Of a DNA stretch of 64,000 nt, positions 12,999 to 25,685 are shown one piece after another. The stretch comes from Anthoceros angustus (Eukaryota > Plantae > Anthocerotophyta): assembly GCA_010909165.1 (NCBI GenBank), contig VJWM01000063.1, positions 992,001 through 1,056,000 of the forward strand. The letters run 5' to 3'. Below the pieces are notes generated by a model. It worked only from the letters and a program-made list of their open reading frames with translations. It made no database searches and had not been told where the DNA came from. The translations under genes and the position numbers were made by a program. Position 1 is the stretch's first letter; each line of letters begins with the position of its first letter.

Positions 12999-14808
12999 TT
13001 GATCCACAGTTTCACACCGAGCGGTGTGGGCCACCTTACTTTCACTTATTGATAAATAAAGTGAAATGTCTTAGGCAAGAGGAGGTGAAAAGGACCCTTC
13101 CTTCGCACCAACACATTCATACCATCTTCTAGAGTCATTATATTTTGTCTTCCACCCGCTCTTGTCGGCCTTCTCTAGTTTGAGTTTATTTTAGGTTGTT
13201 AGATTTTCTATTTTAAATACATTTTATCATGTTATCCAAGATGGATCCACATACTAGGCATTTATGGATGTGTCTTATTATTGGGCTTATGTTATATATT
13301 ACTTTGGAGCTTTGGAGTACACATCATCCATGTGAATGGATTTGTTTTCGCACATCCATTATGATCGCTGAGTCCAGGCCTCCATAGTGCGACTACTTTG
13401 CTGAGTGATCTCCATAATGCTTCATTAGAGATTTAGCATTCAGATCCAAGACGCATTCGAATTCAAGATGGATGCAGGCGCGGGACGCATGCAGATGCCC
13501 GAACACATTCGTCCACTCGAGCAACAGTGCAGAGGCAATCCAGGCTCTATCTCCTCATAATCCTATGCCATGCCTCCATCTTCGGTAGGCCACACAACTC
13601 ATACCTTCAAACCGCTAGATCTGATGGGGCGTGGAACCCTAAAGTGTGTGGGAGCAAGGAGGCATGGAGCCGCACCAGATAACATGGTAACTCGAGCGAA
13701 AGAAGAAAAGTGCAGTTCGTAAGGTGCAAATTTGAATTGACAACGCATTGCGCATGCCCTAGTGTTGTGCACAATGCAATGATGCGCCACTAATCTCTAC
13801 TCAATGTGAAGACATCTCACATCTAGATCTCACTCAACCATGGGCTGTCCGGTGGCTTGAAGGTGCTTGCCACCGCTAGGATGCCGATTCTCTATTTCAT
13901 TAACCTACAAGAGTGTTTTCTAACTCTTCATAAAGTAATACCTTCTTGGACACGGGCGCCCATTAAGCCTATTTTAATTTGTTTATTATGAAAGTGATTT
14001 TACTCCTTCATATCGGGATGGTCATATTTGTAAAAGTAGCTTATATTTATAATGTATATCTACTATGATTTAGACTTTCTTGAGATGCCAAAATTTATAT
14101 ATCGTAAAATAATGTTTCCATCAATAGCTCCTAGGTTGATATATGTAATTTTGGCCATGAAACCACGAAATTATGGATTTAGAGGGTTTTCATTTAGATC
14201 CAAGACGCGTTTTACACCCTTCAAAGTAGTGACTAGGAGCCATCACTATTCCTAAGGAGACCTTGTTCGATGAGAAGGGAAAAGGAAGTGGGGCACCAAC
14301 CGCTTTTCGCATTACCTTCTCACTCGACATATGCTTGCAAGCCTATAATCAAGGTGAGGCCCATACCACGGTGACACTAATTACATATTGCTCTCTCAAG
14401 ATGGGAAATGCTAATCCACAAGAGGGATGCATTGCTTAACATGGAATTGCTGTAATAGGAAGGCAAGAAGGAGAGAGGATAATACTACTTAAGGAGTCAG
14501 GAGGCTAGTAAGGTCACTTGCTCCCACTATTATGTCTATTTTTGTCACATTAATCATAATTTGAATTAATATACAAAAATAAACAAATCATATTGTCTAT
14601 ATATGTGATATGGCCACATGTAAATTAATTCAAAGTGCATTGAGTCTCTCCATATCCTATTGTCTATATATGTGATGTTGCCTAGGTGTAAATTTATTCG
14701 ATCGAGTCTCTCGTGAAACTAGTTTGCCAATGAAACTAGTCCCCTTTCATGCCTTTTTCTCTCTTTCGCGTGATCCTCTCATTTTTCGACAAGTCGTGAT
14801 ATCAACCA

Positions 14809-16620
14809 ATGCAAAGAGGTGTGGCTTCCAGAGAGGCGAATGGCGTGTGTAGTTAATGGCGATGGGAGCAACTCTCTGCCGCTACCAATGCCGGGTTTGT
14901 AGTTAATAGCATGGCTTGAACTTGAAGTTGCGGCATCAATCCTCTAAGTAAGGAGGATGAAGGATGGCGGAAGTAGTACGTGAGGCGATTTGCCCATGGA
15001 AATCGGAGAAGAAATGGAGCCCAAGGCTTAGTAATGGTAACGGGTGCCAACTCAAAGTGCGAGCAATGCTCCAAGGAATCGAGAAACATGGGTGATTGGA
15101 GGTCAATTTTTGGGGTAGCAAGTGGTAATGGGGCAACAAATGGTAATGCCTCTTATGATGGCAAGAGGAGAGTGAAGCCTGCTTTCAGCAGACTGGGTCG
15201 ATAGCTTGAGGCCCGAGGAAGCGGTCACACTCAAAAGTACTTCACTGTGGTGAGTCTCCTTTGGATGAGCCCAAGGCCAAGGGTGCTACCGTGGTGAAGA
15301 CGGTGTCTGAAAATTGTGTCCCTTCAAGAAACCCGAATGATCGAACTGCTCCACCGGCCACTTAGAGTCGGAACTTCATATAAGGATGCAGACTTGCACT
15401 TCACGTTCAAGTGAGGCCTCCGCATCTTGGTAGTAAGCTAAAGGACACGGATAGCGAGCCTCTTCCACATCAACAGTGAAAGTGCTAATGTGGTGAAGAA
15501 TGTAAGTCGATGAGGCGGACGTCATGACAAAGTGAACGCAGAGAAAAAATGTCATTGTTCATGGGAAGAGGTGGGCCAATGTGGGCGACAAACCTCCGTG
15601 TTAGGGGAGAGAATTATGAATGGAATCTCCAACAAGGTTGTTCAGCTAGTGAAAATGGTCACAAGACAAAGCAAAGTAATGGAGTGGACCGGCATAGCCA
15701 CAAACATAATGGAGTGTTCAAGGGGTTTGCGAAAATGAAGGGTGGATCCAAGGCACGTGAAGAGAAGAAGCAAATGCCCAAAGTGGGCGGATCTCCGCCA
15801 AGGTCTATGATAATGGTCAAGCACCGGGCTTGCAACAGTCATAGTGACGATGTATCGCAATTGAGACTTCTATGGTGAAGGGAGTTGTCCAAAATGGTGG
15901 CGATGGCCTCATAGTGGATAGTAATGGTCATCATGTCATTGAGGCGAGCATGAGCCATGCATCTACCCCAAATCGAGGCGACAAACAAGTGGTGAGTGGA
16001 ATATCACGTTTGGTACTATAGTGAATGTGACATAAAGGCATTAGTTGAGAATACAAGTTCGGAGATGGTGAAAGGAGTTATAGCCCTAAAGCCATCGGTG
16101 AAAGTAAGGAACATGTTAAACCTTCCGCAGATTGGTTCAAATAGTATAAACGATGATGAGGGGCAATTTCTTGCAAAGGCAATTCCAGATAGTGGGGCAG
16201 CCACATTTCAAACATTTGTGAGAAGGAGGAGACATATATACCTCGAGAGATATCTTGGTGCGATCAAGCGTGGAGGAAGCGAAAATAGTCAACCTAAGAT
16301 CACCTAACCGTCATGCGACAATAAAACTTTATGCTTGGCTCTACCTTTCACTCCTCCATCGGTGACTCCTATTCTAAGACCGGCTTTCCCGCCATGTGAC
16401 AGTTACTCCCAGTGCAAGGTGGCCTTGCTCCTCCCAATCAGCCACCTCGCCTCGATCGCGGCTTGACCCCTCTTTTCTCAAGTGTTCAGCTAGTGGTGGT
16501 GTCGACAAGGCAAGGGTCTTGGGCGGAAGAGGGTGATCATGAACCCTAACGCCATGGAATACATCCCAAGGTCAAAGAGGCCCTTGTTGTCCCTTTAAGG
16601 ATGCTGGAATTGGTGAGGCA
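14809..16620 (+). pseudogene. REC/TSS last-exon-derived frame, unit 3
   Basis: NGHKTKQSNGVDRHSHKHNGVFKGFAKMKGGSKAREEKKQMPKVGGSP vs [50 protein letters not shown]; PAM2 motif at 16539. Confidence 0.9.
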
Positions 16621-16702
16621 GCAAGAAGGTGTTGGAGCGAGAATGATGGCAAAGATCTCCGAGGGAATTCCACATCGTACAAAGATCCATTCGCCATGTT
16701 TA

Positions 16703-16853
16703 TGATTATTAGAGAGTGCAATGTTGTGATTATTAGAAAGTTTGCAATGTTGTGAGATCATTAGAAAGTTTGTGCAATGTTTGATGATCATTAGAAAGTT
16801 TGTGCAATGTTTGGATTATTAGAAAGTGCAATGTTGTGATTATTAGAAAGTGC
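16703..16853. repeat. 25-30-bp minisatellite, unit 3
   Basis: Same motif in tandem. Confidence 0.9.
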
Positions 16854-17800
16854 AGACGTTGCATTCGGGTCTCAAGCTAACAAACATCTTCTCGACGCGA
16901 TTAAAAGATAAAACACCCACCAAGCACAACACGAGGCTCCTGGTAGCACAATAATAACACTCACCAAACACAATACGAGATCCCAAGTAGCACAATATTA
17001 GCCCCAAGTAGTTCGTCGTTTCTTCTTTCTCTTTTAAGAAATGACGGATTTTATCTCGAAATCCTAAATACCCAAAACTTCTCATGACTTGACAACGGCC
17101 TGCGATTTATCCGTCTTTGAAATACATACTCAAAAGGCCCCATCTACCTATACATCGATACTGCAGAAGTGAAGGCCTAACCCACGTATGGTACGATGCC
17201 AAGCCTCCGCTTTCAACGCCTAACCATTGCACCTTTTGTGCTAGAGACGTGCTATGGTTTGGGTTTTGTATGGCAAAATCATGTGCGTGTTGAGCAAAAA
17301 TCTTGGGTACAAAAAGGTATCCAACTCAATGGAACGAAGAGACTGCGTGATGATATACCATGTGATACTAAGTGCTCCAATTCGGGAACCATGCCAAGAC
17401 TTGTGACATTAGTTCCTACCCATCTTGGAACCATGCCGTGCCATGTTACAATTTAAGGGCATAATTAGTAATTATGACCAAGTGCATAACAAGGCCTAAT
17501 TGTTTTAGTAGTGTGAAAGAAACATCAAGGGTACGTAAACGTTACTTTCTTCCATGTTGTGATGAACCTACACCAAAACGCGTTTAAGCGTGTTTGGGTA
17601 TCTACTTGTTTTAAAATATTTACAAGGATATTTATTTACTATTTATCCTATTTTCCAATTATAAACAATAGAGCAAGGTGCTCCAAGCCAAATGCAATTT
17701 TTCTCATCTCAATGCAATAATAGATGAAAACAATGAGCTATTAGAAACACCCTAGTTTTGTTTTCCAACAAATGACCCTTCCATGCATGTTTTAGTGAAT

Positions 17801-18436
17801 TCATTCTAAACCTAAACTCACATAGCAACACACCACCATATGCGATTGAGCTTCCACAAAATATGCCACTACTCGGTGGCGGTTGATAACAAAAAAGGAA
17901 CATGGAGGGATCTCAATATCAAGGTATGGTGTACCGTTCTCATCGGTTTTTATGGTGGTTCACGTGAAATGTTTTCCCGCGACATACGACGGAAAGCTTG
18001 TATGTCACACACTTGGTGACATCGGCCATCCCGCGTGTATTGTTGTCGGTAGGTGTGTGATACGCACATCTTTATGCATAGAAGATGCCAAGGATTGATG
18101 CGTATGTCTGAGAGGAAAATAATGTTGACACACACAACTCACGCCATGATGAGATTGATGCGCCATACCGAGGTGCTTCACAACATCGGAACGGGTTTAC
18201 AATTGACCCAATAACCATACACACATCGAACTAGAGGCCTCCTATGTCTGCTGTTGGGAGGCCACACATTGTGGTCCCATGGGCCATGACCACAACTGCG
18301 GTTAGGCCTCTGGGTGGGTTCACGGACCCTCATGTCAAGAGCCGTACTAGGACTTGGTCTAAACCATGTCATGGTGGCCATTTACGATCCTCGCCGCTTC
18401 ATACGGACTTGGCCTAAACCATGTCATGGTGGCCAT
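17801..18436 (-). pseudogene. AP2-like ORF homologue, array copy 3
   Basis: ORF track 18178..18381 MATMTWFRPSP..RRPLVRCVYGYWVNCKP; the downstream part matches the other copies. Confidence 0.6.
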
Positions 18437-20230
18437 TTGCGATCCACAGTTTCCTGCCAGAGCGGGCCACCTACTTTCACTTATTGATAAATAAAGTGAA
18501 ATGTCTTAGGCAAGAGGAGGTGAAAAGGACCCTTCCTTCGCACCAACACATTCATACCATCTTCTAGAGTCATTATATTTTGTCTTCCACCCGCTCTTGT
18601 GCGGCCTTCTCTAGTTTGAGTTTATTTTAGGTTGTTAGATTTTCTATTTAAATACATTTTATCATGTTATCCAAGATGGATCCACATACTAGGCATTTAT
18701 GGATGTGTTTTATTATTGGGCTTATGTTATATATTACTTTGGAGCTTTGGAGTACACATCATCCATGTGAATGGATTTGTTTTCGCACATCCATTATGAT
18801 CGAGTCCAGTACTTTCGAGTGATCTCCATAATGCTTCATTAGAGATTTAGCATTCGGATCCAAGACGCATTCAATTCAAGATGGATGCGGTAGGGGCGAT
18901 GAAGATGCCCGAACACATTCGTCCACTCGAACAGCAGTGCAGGCAATCCAGCTCTATCTCCTCATAATCCTATGCCATGCCTCCATCAATTGGTAGGCCA
19001 CACAACTCATACCTTCAAACCGCTAGATCCGATGGGCGTGGAACCCTAAAGTGTGGGAGCAAGGAGGCATGGAGCCGGCTGTGATGCATGGTAACTCGAG
19101 CGAAAGAAGAAAAGTGCGGTTCGTAAGGTCTGCAAATTTGAATTGCAGACAACGCATTGCGCATGCCCTAGTGTTGTGCACAATGCAATGATGCGGCCAC
19201 TAATCTCTACTCAATGTGAAGACATCTCACATCTAGATCTCACTCAACCATGGGCTGTCCGGTGGCTTGAAGGTGCTTGCCACCGCTAGGATGCCGATTC
19301 TCTATTTCATTAACCTACAAGAGTGTTTTCTAACTCTTCATAAAGTAATACCTTCTTCGGACACAGAGCAGTGCCCATTAAGCCTATTTTAATTTGTTTA
19401 TTATGAAAGTGATTTTACTCCTTCATATCAGGATGGTCATATTTGTAAAAGTAGCTTATATTTATAATGTATATCTACTATGATTTAGACTTTCTTGAGA
19501 TGCCAAAATTTATATATGCGTAAAATAATGTTTCCATCAATAGCTCCTAGGTTGATATATGTAATTTTGGCCATGAAACCACGAAATTATGGATTTAGAG
19601 GGTTTTCATTTAGATCCAAGACGCGTTTTACACCCTTCAAAGTAGTGACTAGGAGCCATCACTATTCCTAAGGAGACCTTGTTCGATGAGAAGGAAAAGG
19701 AAAAGTGGGGCACCAACCGTTTCTTTGCATTACCTTCTCACTCGACATATGCTTGCAAGCCTATAATCAAGGTGAGGCCCATACCACGTTGACACACTAA
19801 TTACTGACATATTGCTCTCTCAAGATGGGAAATGCTAATCCACAAGAGGGATGCATTGCTTAACATGGAATTGCTGTAATAGGAAGCGCCAAGAAGGGAG
19901 AGAGGATAATACTACTTAAGGAGGTCAGGAGGCTAGTAAGGTCACTTGCTCCCACTATTATGTCTATTTTTGTCACATTAATCATAATTTGAATTAATAT
20001 ACAAAATAAACAAATCATATTGTCTATATATGTGATATGGCCACATGTAAATTAATTCATGCATTGAGTCTCTCCATATCCTATTGTCTATATGTGATGT
20101 TGCCTAGGCGTAAATTTATTCGATCGAGTCTCGTGAAACTAGTTTGCCAATGAAACTAGTCCCCTTTCATGCCTTTTCTCTCTTTCGCGTGATCCTCTCA
20201 TTTTTCGACAAGTCGTGATATCACCAACCA

Positions 20231-22047
20231 ATGCAAAGAGGTGTGGCGAGGCGAATGGCGTGTATGTAGTTAATGGCGATGGGAGCAACTCTCTGCTACC
20301 AATGCGGGTTTGTAGTTAATAGCATGGCTTGAACTTGAAGCGTTGCATCAATCCTCTAAGCTGTAAGGAGGATGAAGGATGGCAGGAAGTAGTACGTAGG
20401 GGGCGATTTGCCCATGGAAATCGGAGAAGAAATGAAGCCCAAGGCTTAGTAGATGGTAACGGGGTGCCAACTCAAAGTGCGAGCAATGCTCCAAGGAATC
20501 GTGAAACATGGGTGATTGAAGGCAGTCAATTTTTTGGGGTAGCAAGTGGTAATGGGGCAACAAATGGTAATGCCTCTTATGATGGCAAGAGGAGAGTGAA
20601 GCACTTTCAGCAGACTGGTCAGTGGCTTGAGGCCCAGAAGCGGTCACACTCAAAAGTATACGGTGGTGAGTCTCCTTTGGATGAGCCCAAGGCCAAGGTG
20701 CTACCGTGGTGAAGACGGTGTCCGAAAATTGTGTCCCTTCAAGAAACCCGAATGATCTTGAACTGCTCCCTCGGCCACTTAGAGCTGGAACTTCATATAA
20801 GGATGCAGCACTTGCACTTCACGTTCAAGTGAGGCCTCCGCATGAGTAGTAAGCTAAAGGACACGGATAGCGAGCCTCTTCCACATCAGTGAAAGTGCTA
20901 ATGTGGTGAAGAATGTAAGTCGATGAGGGACGTCATGACAAAGTGAACGCAGAGAAAAAATGTCATTGTTCATGGGAAGAGGTGGGCCGATGTGGGCGAC
21001 AAACCTCCATGTTAGGGAGAGAATTATGAATGGAATCTCCAACAAGGTTGTTCAGCTAGTGAAAATGGTCACAAGACAAAGCAAAGTAATGGAGTGGACC
21101 GGCATAGCCACAAACATAATGGAGTGTTCAAGGGTTTGCGAAAATGAAGGGTGGATCCAAGGCACGTGAAGAGAAGAAGCAAATGCCCAAAGTGGGCGGA
21201 TCTCCGCCAAGGTCTATGATAATGGTCAAGCACCGGGCTTGCAAGCGGTCATAGTGACGATGTGTATCGCAATTGAGACTTCTATGGTGAAGGAGTTGTC
21301 CAAAATGGTGGCGATGGCCTCATAGTGGATAGTAATGGTCATCATGTCATTGAGGCGAGCATGAGCCATGCATCTACCCCAAGCAACGAGGCTGCGACAA
21401 CAGCATGGTGAGTGGAATATCACGTTTGGTACTATAGCTGAATGTGACATAAAGGCATTAGTTGAGAATACAAGTTCGGAGATGGTGAAAGGAGTTATAG
21501 CCCTAAAGCCATCGGTGAAAGTAAGGAACATGTTAAACCTTCCGCAGATTGGTTCAAATAGTATAACGATGATGAGGGGCAATTTCTTGCAAAGGCAATT
21601 CCGAGATAGTGGGGCAGCCACATTTCAGATTTGTGAGAAGGAGGAGACATATATACCTCGAGAGATATCTTGGTGCGATCAAGCTGTGGAGGAAGGCTGA
21701 AAATAGTCAACCTAAACCTAACGTCATGCGACAATAAAACTTTATGCTTGGCTCTACCTTTCACTCCTCCATCGGCTGTGACTCCTATTCGGAAGACTGG
21801 CTTTCCACTGCCATGTGGCAACGGTTACTCCCAGGTGCAAGGTAGCCTTGCTCCTCCCAATCTGGCCACGTCAGTCTCGATCGCGCAGCTTGACCCCTCT
21901 TTTCTCAAGTGTTCAGCTAGTGGTGGTGTCGACAAGGCAAGGGTCTTGGACGGGAAGAGGGTGATCATGAACCCTAACGCCATGGAATACATCCCAAGGT
22001 CAAAGAGGCCCTGTTGTCCCTTTAAGGATGCTGGGAATTGGTGAGGC
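20231..22047 (+). pseudogene. REC/TSS last-exon-derived frame, unit 4 (least interrupted copy)
   Basis: Open tail [80 protein letters not shown] vs [80 protein letters not shown]. Confidence 0.92.
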
Positions 22048-22139
22048 GCATATGGCGAGAAGGTGTTGGAGCAGAATGATGGCAAAGATCTCCGGTGAGG
22101 AATTCCACATCGTACAAAGATCCATTCGCCATGTTTAAC

Positions 22140-22303
22140 TGATTATTAGAGAGTGCAATGTTTGACAGATTATTAGAAAGTTTGCGCAATGTTTGACAGA
22201 TCATTAGAAAGTTTGTGCAATGTTTGACAGATCATTAGAAAATTTGTGCAATGTTTGGCAGATTATTAGAAAGTGCAATGTTTGACAGATTATTAGAAAG
22301 TGC
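22140..22303. repeat. 25-31-bp minisatellite, unit 4
   Basis: gacagattattagaaagt.. tandem copies. Confidence 0.9.
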
Positions 22304-23263
22304 ACTGACGTTGCATTCAGCGGGTCTCCAAGCTAACAAACATCTTCTCGACGCGATTAAAAGATAAAAACACCCACCAAACACAACACGAGGCTCCCAG
22401 GTAGCACAATAATAACACTCACCAAACACAATACGAGATCCCAAGTAGCACAATATTAGCCCCCAAGTAGTTCGTCGTTTCTTCTTTCTCTTTTAAGAAA
22501 TGACGCGGATTTTATCTCGAAATCCTAAATACCCAAAACTTCTCATGACTTGACAACGGCCCTGCGATTTATCCCGTCTTTGAAATACATACTCAAAAGG
22601 CCCCATCTACCTATACATCGATACCTGCAGAAAGTGAAGGCCTAACCCACGCTGTATGGTACGACTGTGCCAAGCCTCCGGCTTTCAAACGCCTAACCAT
22701 TGCACCTTTTCTGTGCTAGAGACGTGCTATGGTTTGGGTTTTGTATGGCAAAATCATGTGCGTGTTGAGCAAAAATCTTGGGTACAAAAGGTATCCAACT
22801 CAATGGAACGAAGAGACTGCGTGATGATATACCATGTGATACTAAGTGCTCCAATTGGGAACCATGCCAAGACTTGTGACATTAGTTCCTACCCATCTTG
22901 GAACCATGCCGGGCCATGTTACAATTTAAGGGCATAATTAGTAATTATGACCAAGTGCATAACAAGGCCTAATTGTTTTAGTAGTGTGAAAGAAACATCA
23001 AGGGTACGTTACTTTCTTCCATGTTGTGATGAACCTACACCAAAAGCGTTTAAGCGTGTTTGGGTATCTACTTGTTTTAAAATATTTACAAGGATATTTA
23101 TTTACTATTTATCCTATTTTCCAATTATAAACAATAGAGCAAGGTGCTCCAAGCCAAATGCAATTTTTCTCATCTCAATGCAATAATAGATGAAAACAAT
23201 GAGCTATTAGAAACACCCTAGTTTTGTTTTCCAACAAACCCTTCCATGCATGTTTTAGTGAAT

Positions 23264-23901
23264 TCATTCTAAACCTAAACTCATAGCAACACACCACCAT
23301 ATGCAGATTGAGCTTCCACAAAATATGCCACTACTCGGTAGCGGTTGATAACAAAAAAGGAACATGGAGGATCTCAATATCAAGGTATGGTGTACCGTTC
23401 TCATCGAGTTTTATGGTGGTTCACGTAAAATGTTTTCCGCGACATCGGAAAGCTTGTATGTCACACACTTGGTGACATCGCCACGCAGCCATCCCGCGTG
23501 TATTGTTGTCGGTAGGTGTGTGATACGCATCTTTATGCATAGAAGATGCCAAGGATTGATGCGTCTACAGAGGAAAATAATGTTGACACACACAACTCAC
23601 GCCATGATGAGATTGGTACGCCATACCGAGGTGCTTCACAACATCGGAAACGGGTTTACAATTGACCCAATAACCATACACACATCGAACTAGAGGCCTC
23701 CTATATGCATCGCTGCTGTTGGGAGGCCACACATTGTGGTCCCATGGGCCATAAGCCACAACTGCGGTTAGGCCTCTGTGGTGGGTTCACCGGACCCTCA
23801 TGTCAAGAGCCGTACTAGGACTTGGTCTAAACCATGTCATGGTGGCCATTCTGATCCTCGCCGCTTCACGGACTTGGCCTAAACCATGTCATGGTGGCCA
23901 T
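23264..23901 (-). pseudogene. AP2-like ORF homologue, array copy 4
   Basis: ORF track 23565..23759 ..RRPLVRCVYGYWVNCKPVSDVVKHLGMAYQSHHGVSCVCQHYFPL. Confidence 0.62.
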
Positions 23902-25685
23902 TTGCGATCCACTGGTTTCACACCGAGCGTGTGGGCCACCCTTACTTTCACTTATTGATAAATAAAGTGAAATGTCTTAGGCAAGAGGAGGTGAAAAGGA
24001 CCCTTCCTTCGCACCAACACATTCATACCATCTTCTAGAGTCATTATATTTTGTCTTCCACCCGCTCTTGTGCGGCCTTCTCTAGTTTGAGTTTATTTTA
24101 GGTTGTTAGATTTTCTATTTAAATACATTTTATCATGTTATCCAAGATGGATCCACATACTAGGCATTTATGGATGTGTTTTATTATTGGGCTTATGTTA
24201 TATATTACTTTGGAGCTTTGGAGTACACATCATCCATGTGAATGGATTTGTTTTACATCCATTATGATCGTGAGTCCGGTACTTTCGAGTGATCTCCATA
24301 ATGCTTCATTAGAGATTTAGCATTCGGATCCAAGACGCATTGAATTCAAGATGGATGCGGTAGACGCATGAAGATGCCCGAACACATTCGTCCACTCGAG
24401 CAACAGCGGCAGGCAATCCAGCTCTATCTCCTCATAATCCTATGCCATGCCTCCATCAATTGGTAGGCCACACAACTCATACCTTCAAACCGCTAGATCG
24501 ATGGGCGTGGAACCCTAAAGTGTGTGGGAGCAAGGAGGCATGGAGCCGGCACCGAGCATGGTAACTCGGCGAAAGAAGAAAAGTGCGATTCGTAAGGTGC
24601 AAATTTGAATTGCGAGACAACGCATTGCGCATGCCCTAGTGTTGTGCACAATGCAATGATGCGCCACTAATCTCTACTCAATGTGAAGACATCTCACATC
24701 TAGATCTCACTCAACCATGGGTTGTCCGGGTGGCTTGAAGGTGCTTGCCACCGCTAGGATGCCGATTCTCTATTTCATTAACCTACAAGAGTGTTTTCTA
24801 ACTCTTCATAAAGTAATACCTTCTTGGACAGAGCGCCCATTAAGCCTATTTTAATTTGTTTATTATGAAAGTGATTTTACTCCTTCATATCGGGATGGTC
24901 ATATTTGTAAAAGTAGCTTATATTTATAATGTATATCTACTATGATTTAGACTTTCTTGAGATGCCAAAATTTATATATCGTAAAATAATGTTTCCATCA
25001 ATAGCTCCTAGGTTGATATATGTAATTTTGGCCATGAAACCACGAAATTATGGATTTAGAGGGTTTTCATTTAGATCCAAGACGTTTTACACCCTTCAAA
25101 GTAGTGACTAGGAGCCATCACTATTCCTAAGGAGACCTTGTTCGATGAGAAGGGAAAAGGAAGTGGGCACCAACCGTTTCGCATTACCTTCTCACTCGAC
25201 ATATGCTTGCAAGCCTATAATCAAGGTGAGGCCCATACCACGTGACACACTAATTACTGATATTGCTCTCTCAAGATGGGAAATGCTAATCCACAAGAGG
25301 GATGCATTGCTTAACATGGAATTCTTGTAATAGGAAGTCGCCAAGAAGGGAGAGAGGATAATACTACTTAAGGAGTCAGGAGGGCTAGTAAGGTCGGCTT
25401 GCTCCCACTATTATGTCTATTTTTGTCACATTAATCATAATTTGAATTAATATACAAAATAAACAAATCATATTGTCTATATATGTGATATGGCCACATG
25501 TAAATTAATTGATTGCATTGAGTCTCTCCATATCCTATTGTCTATATATGTGATGTTGCCTAGGTGTAAATTTATTCATTCGAGTCTCGTGAAACTAGTT
25601 TGCCAATGAAACTAGTCCCCTTTGCATGCCTTTTTCTCTTTCGCGTGATCCTCTCATTTTCGACAAGTCGTGATATCATTAACCA

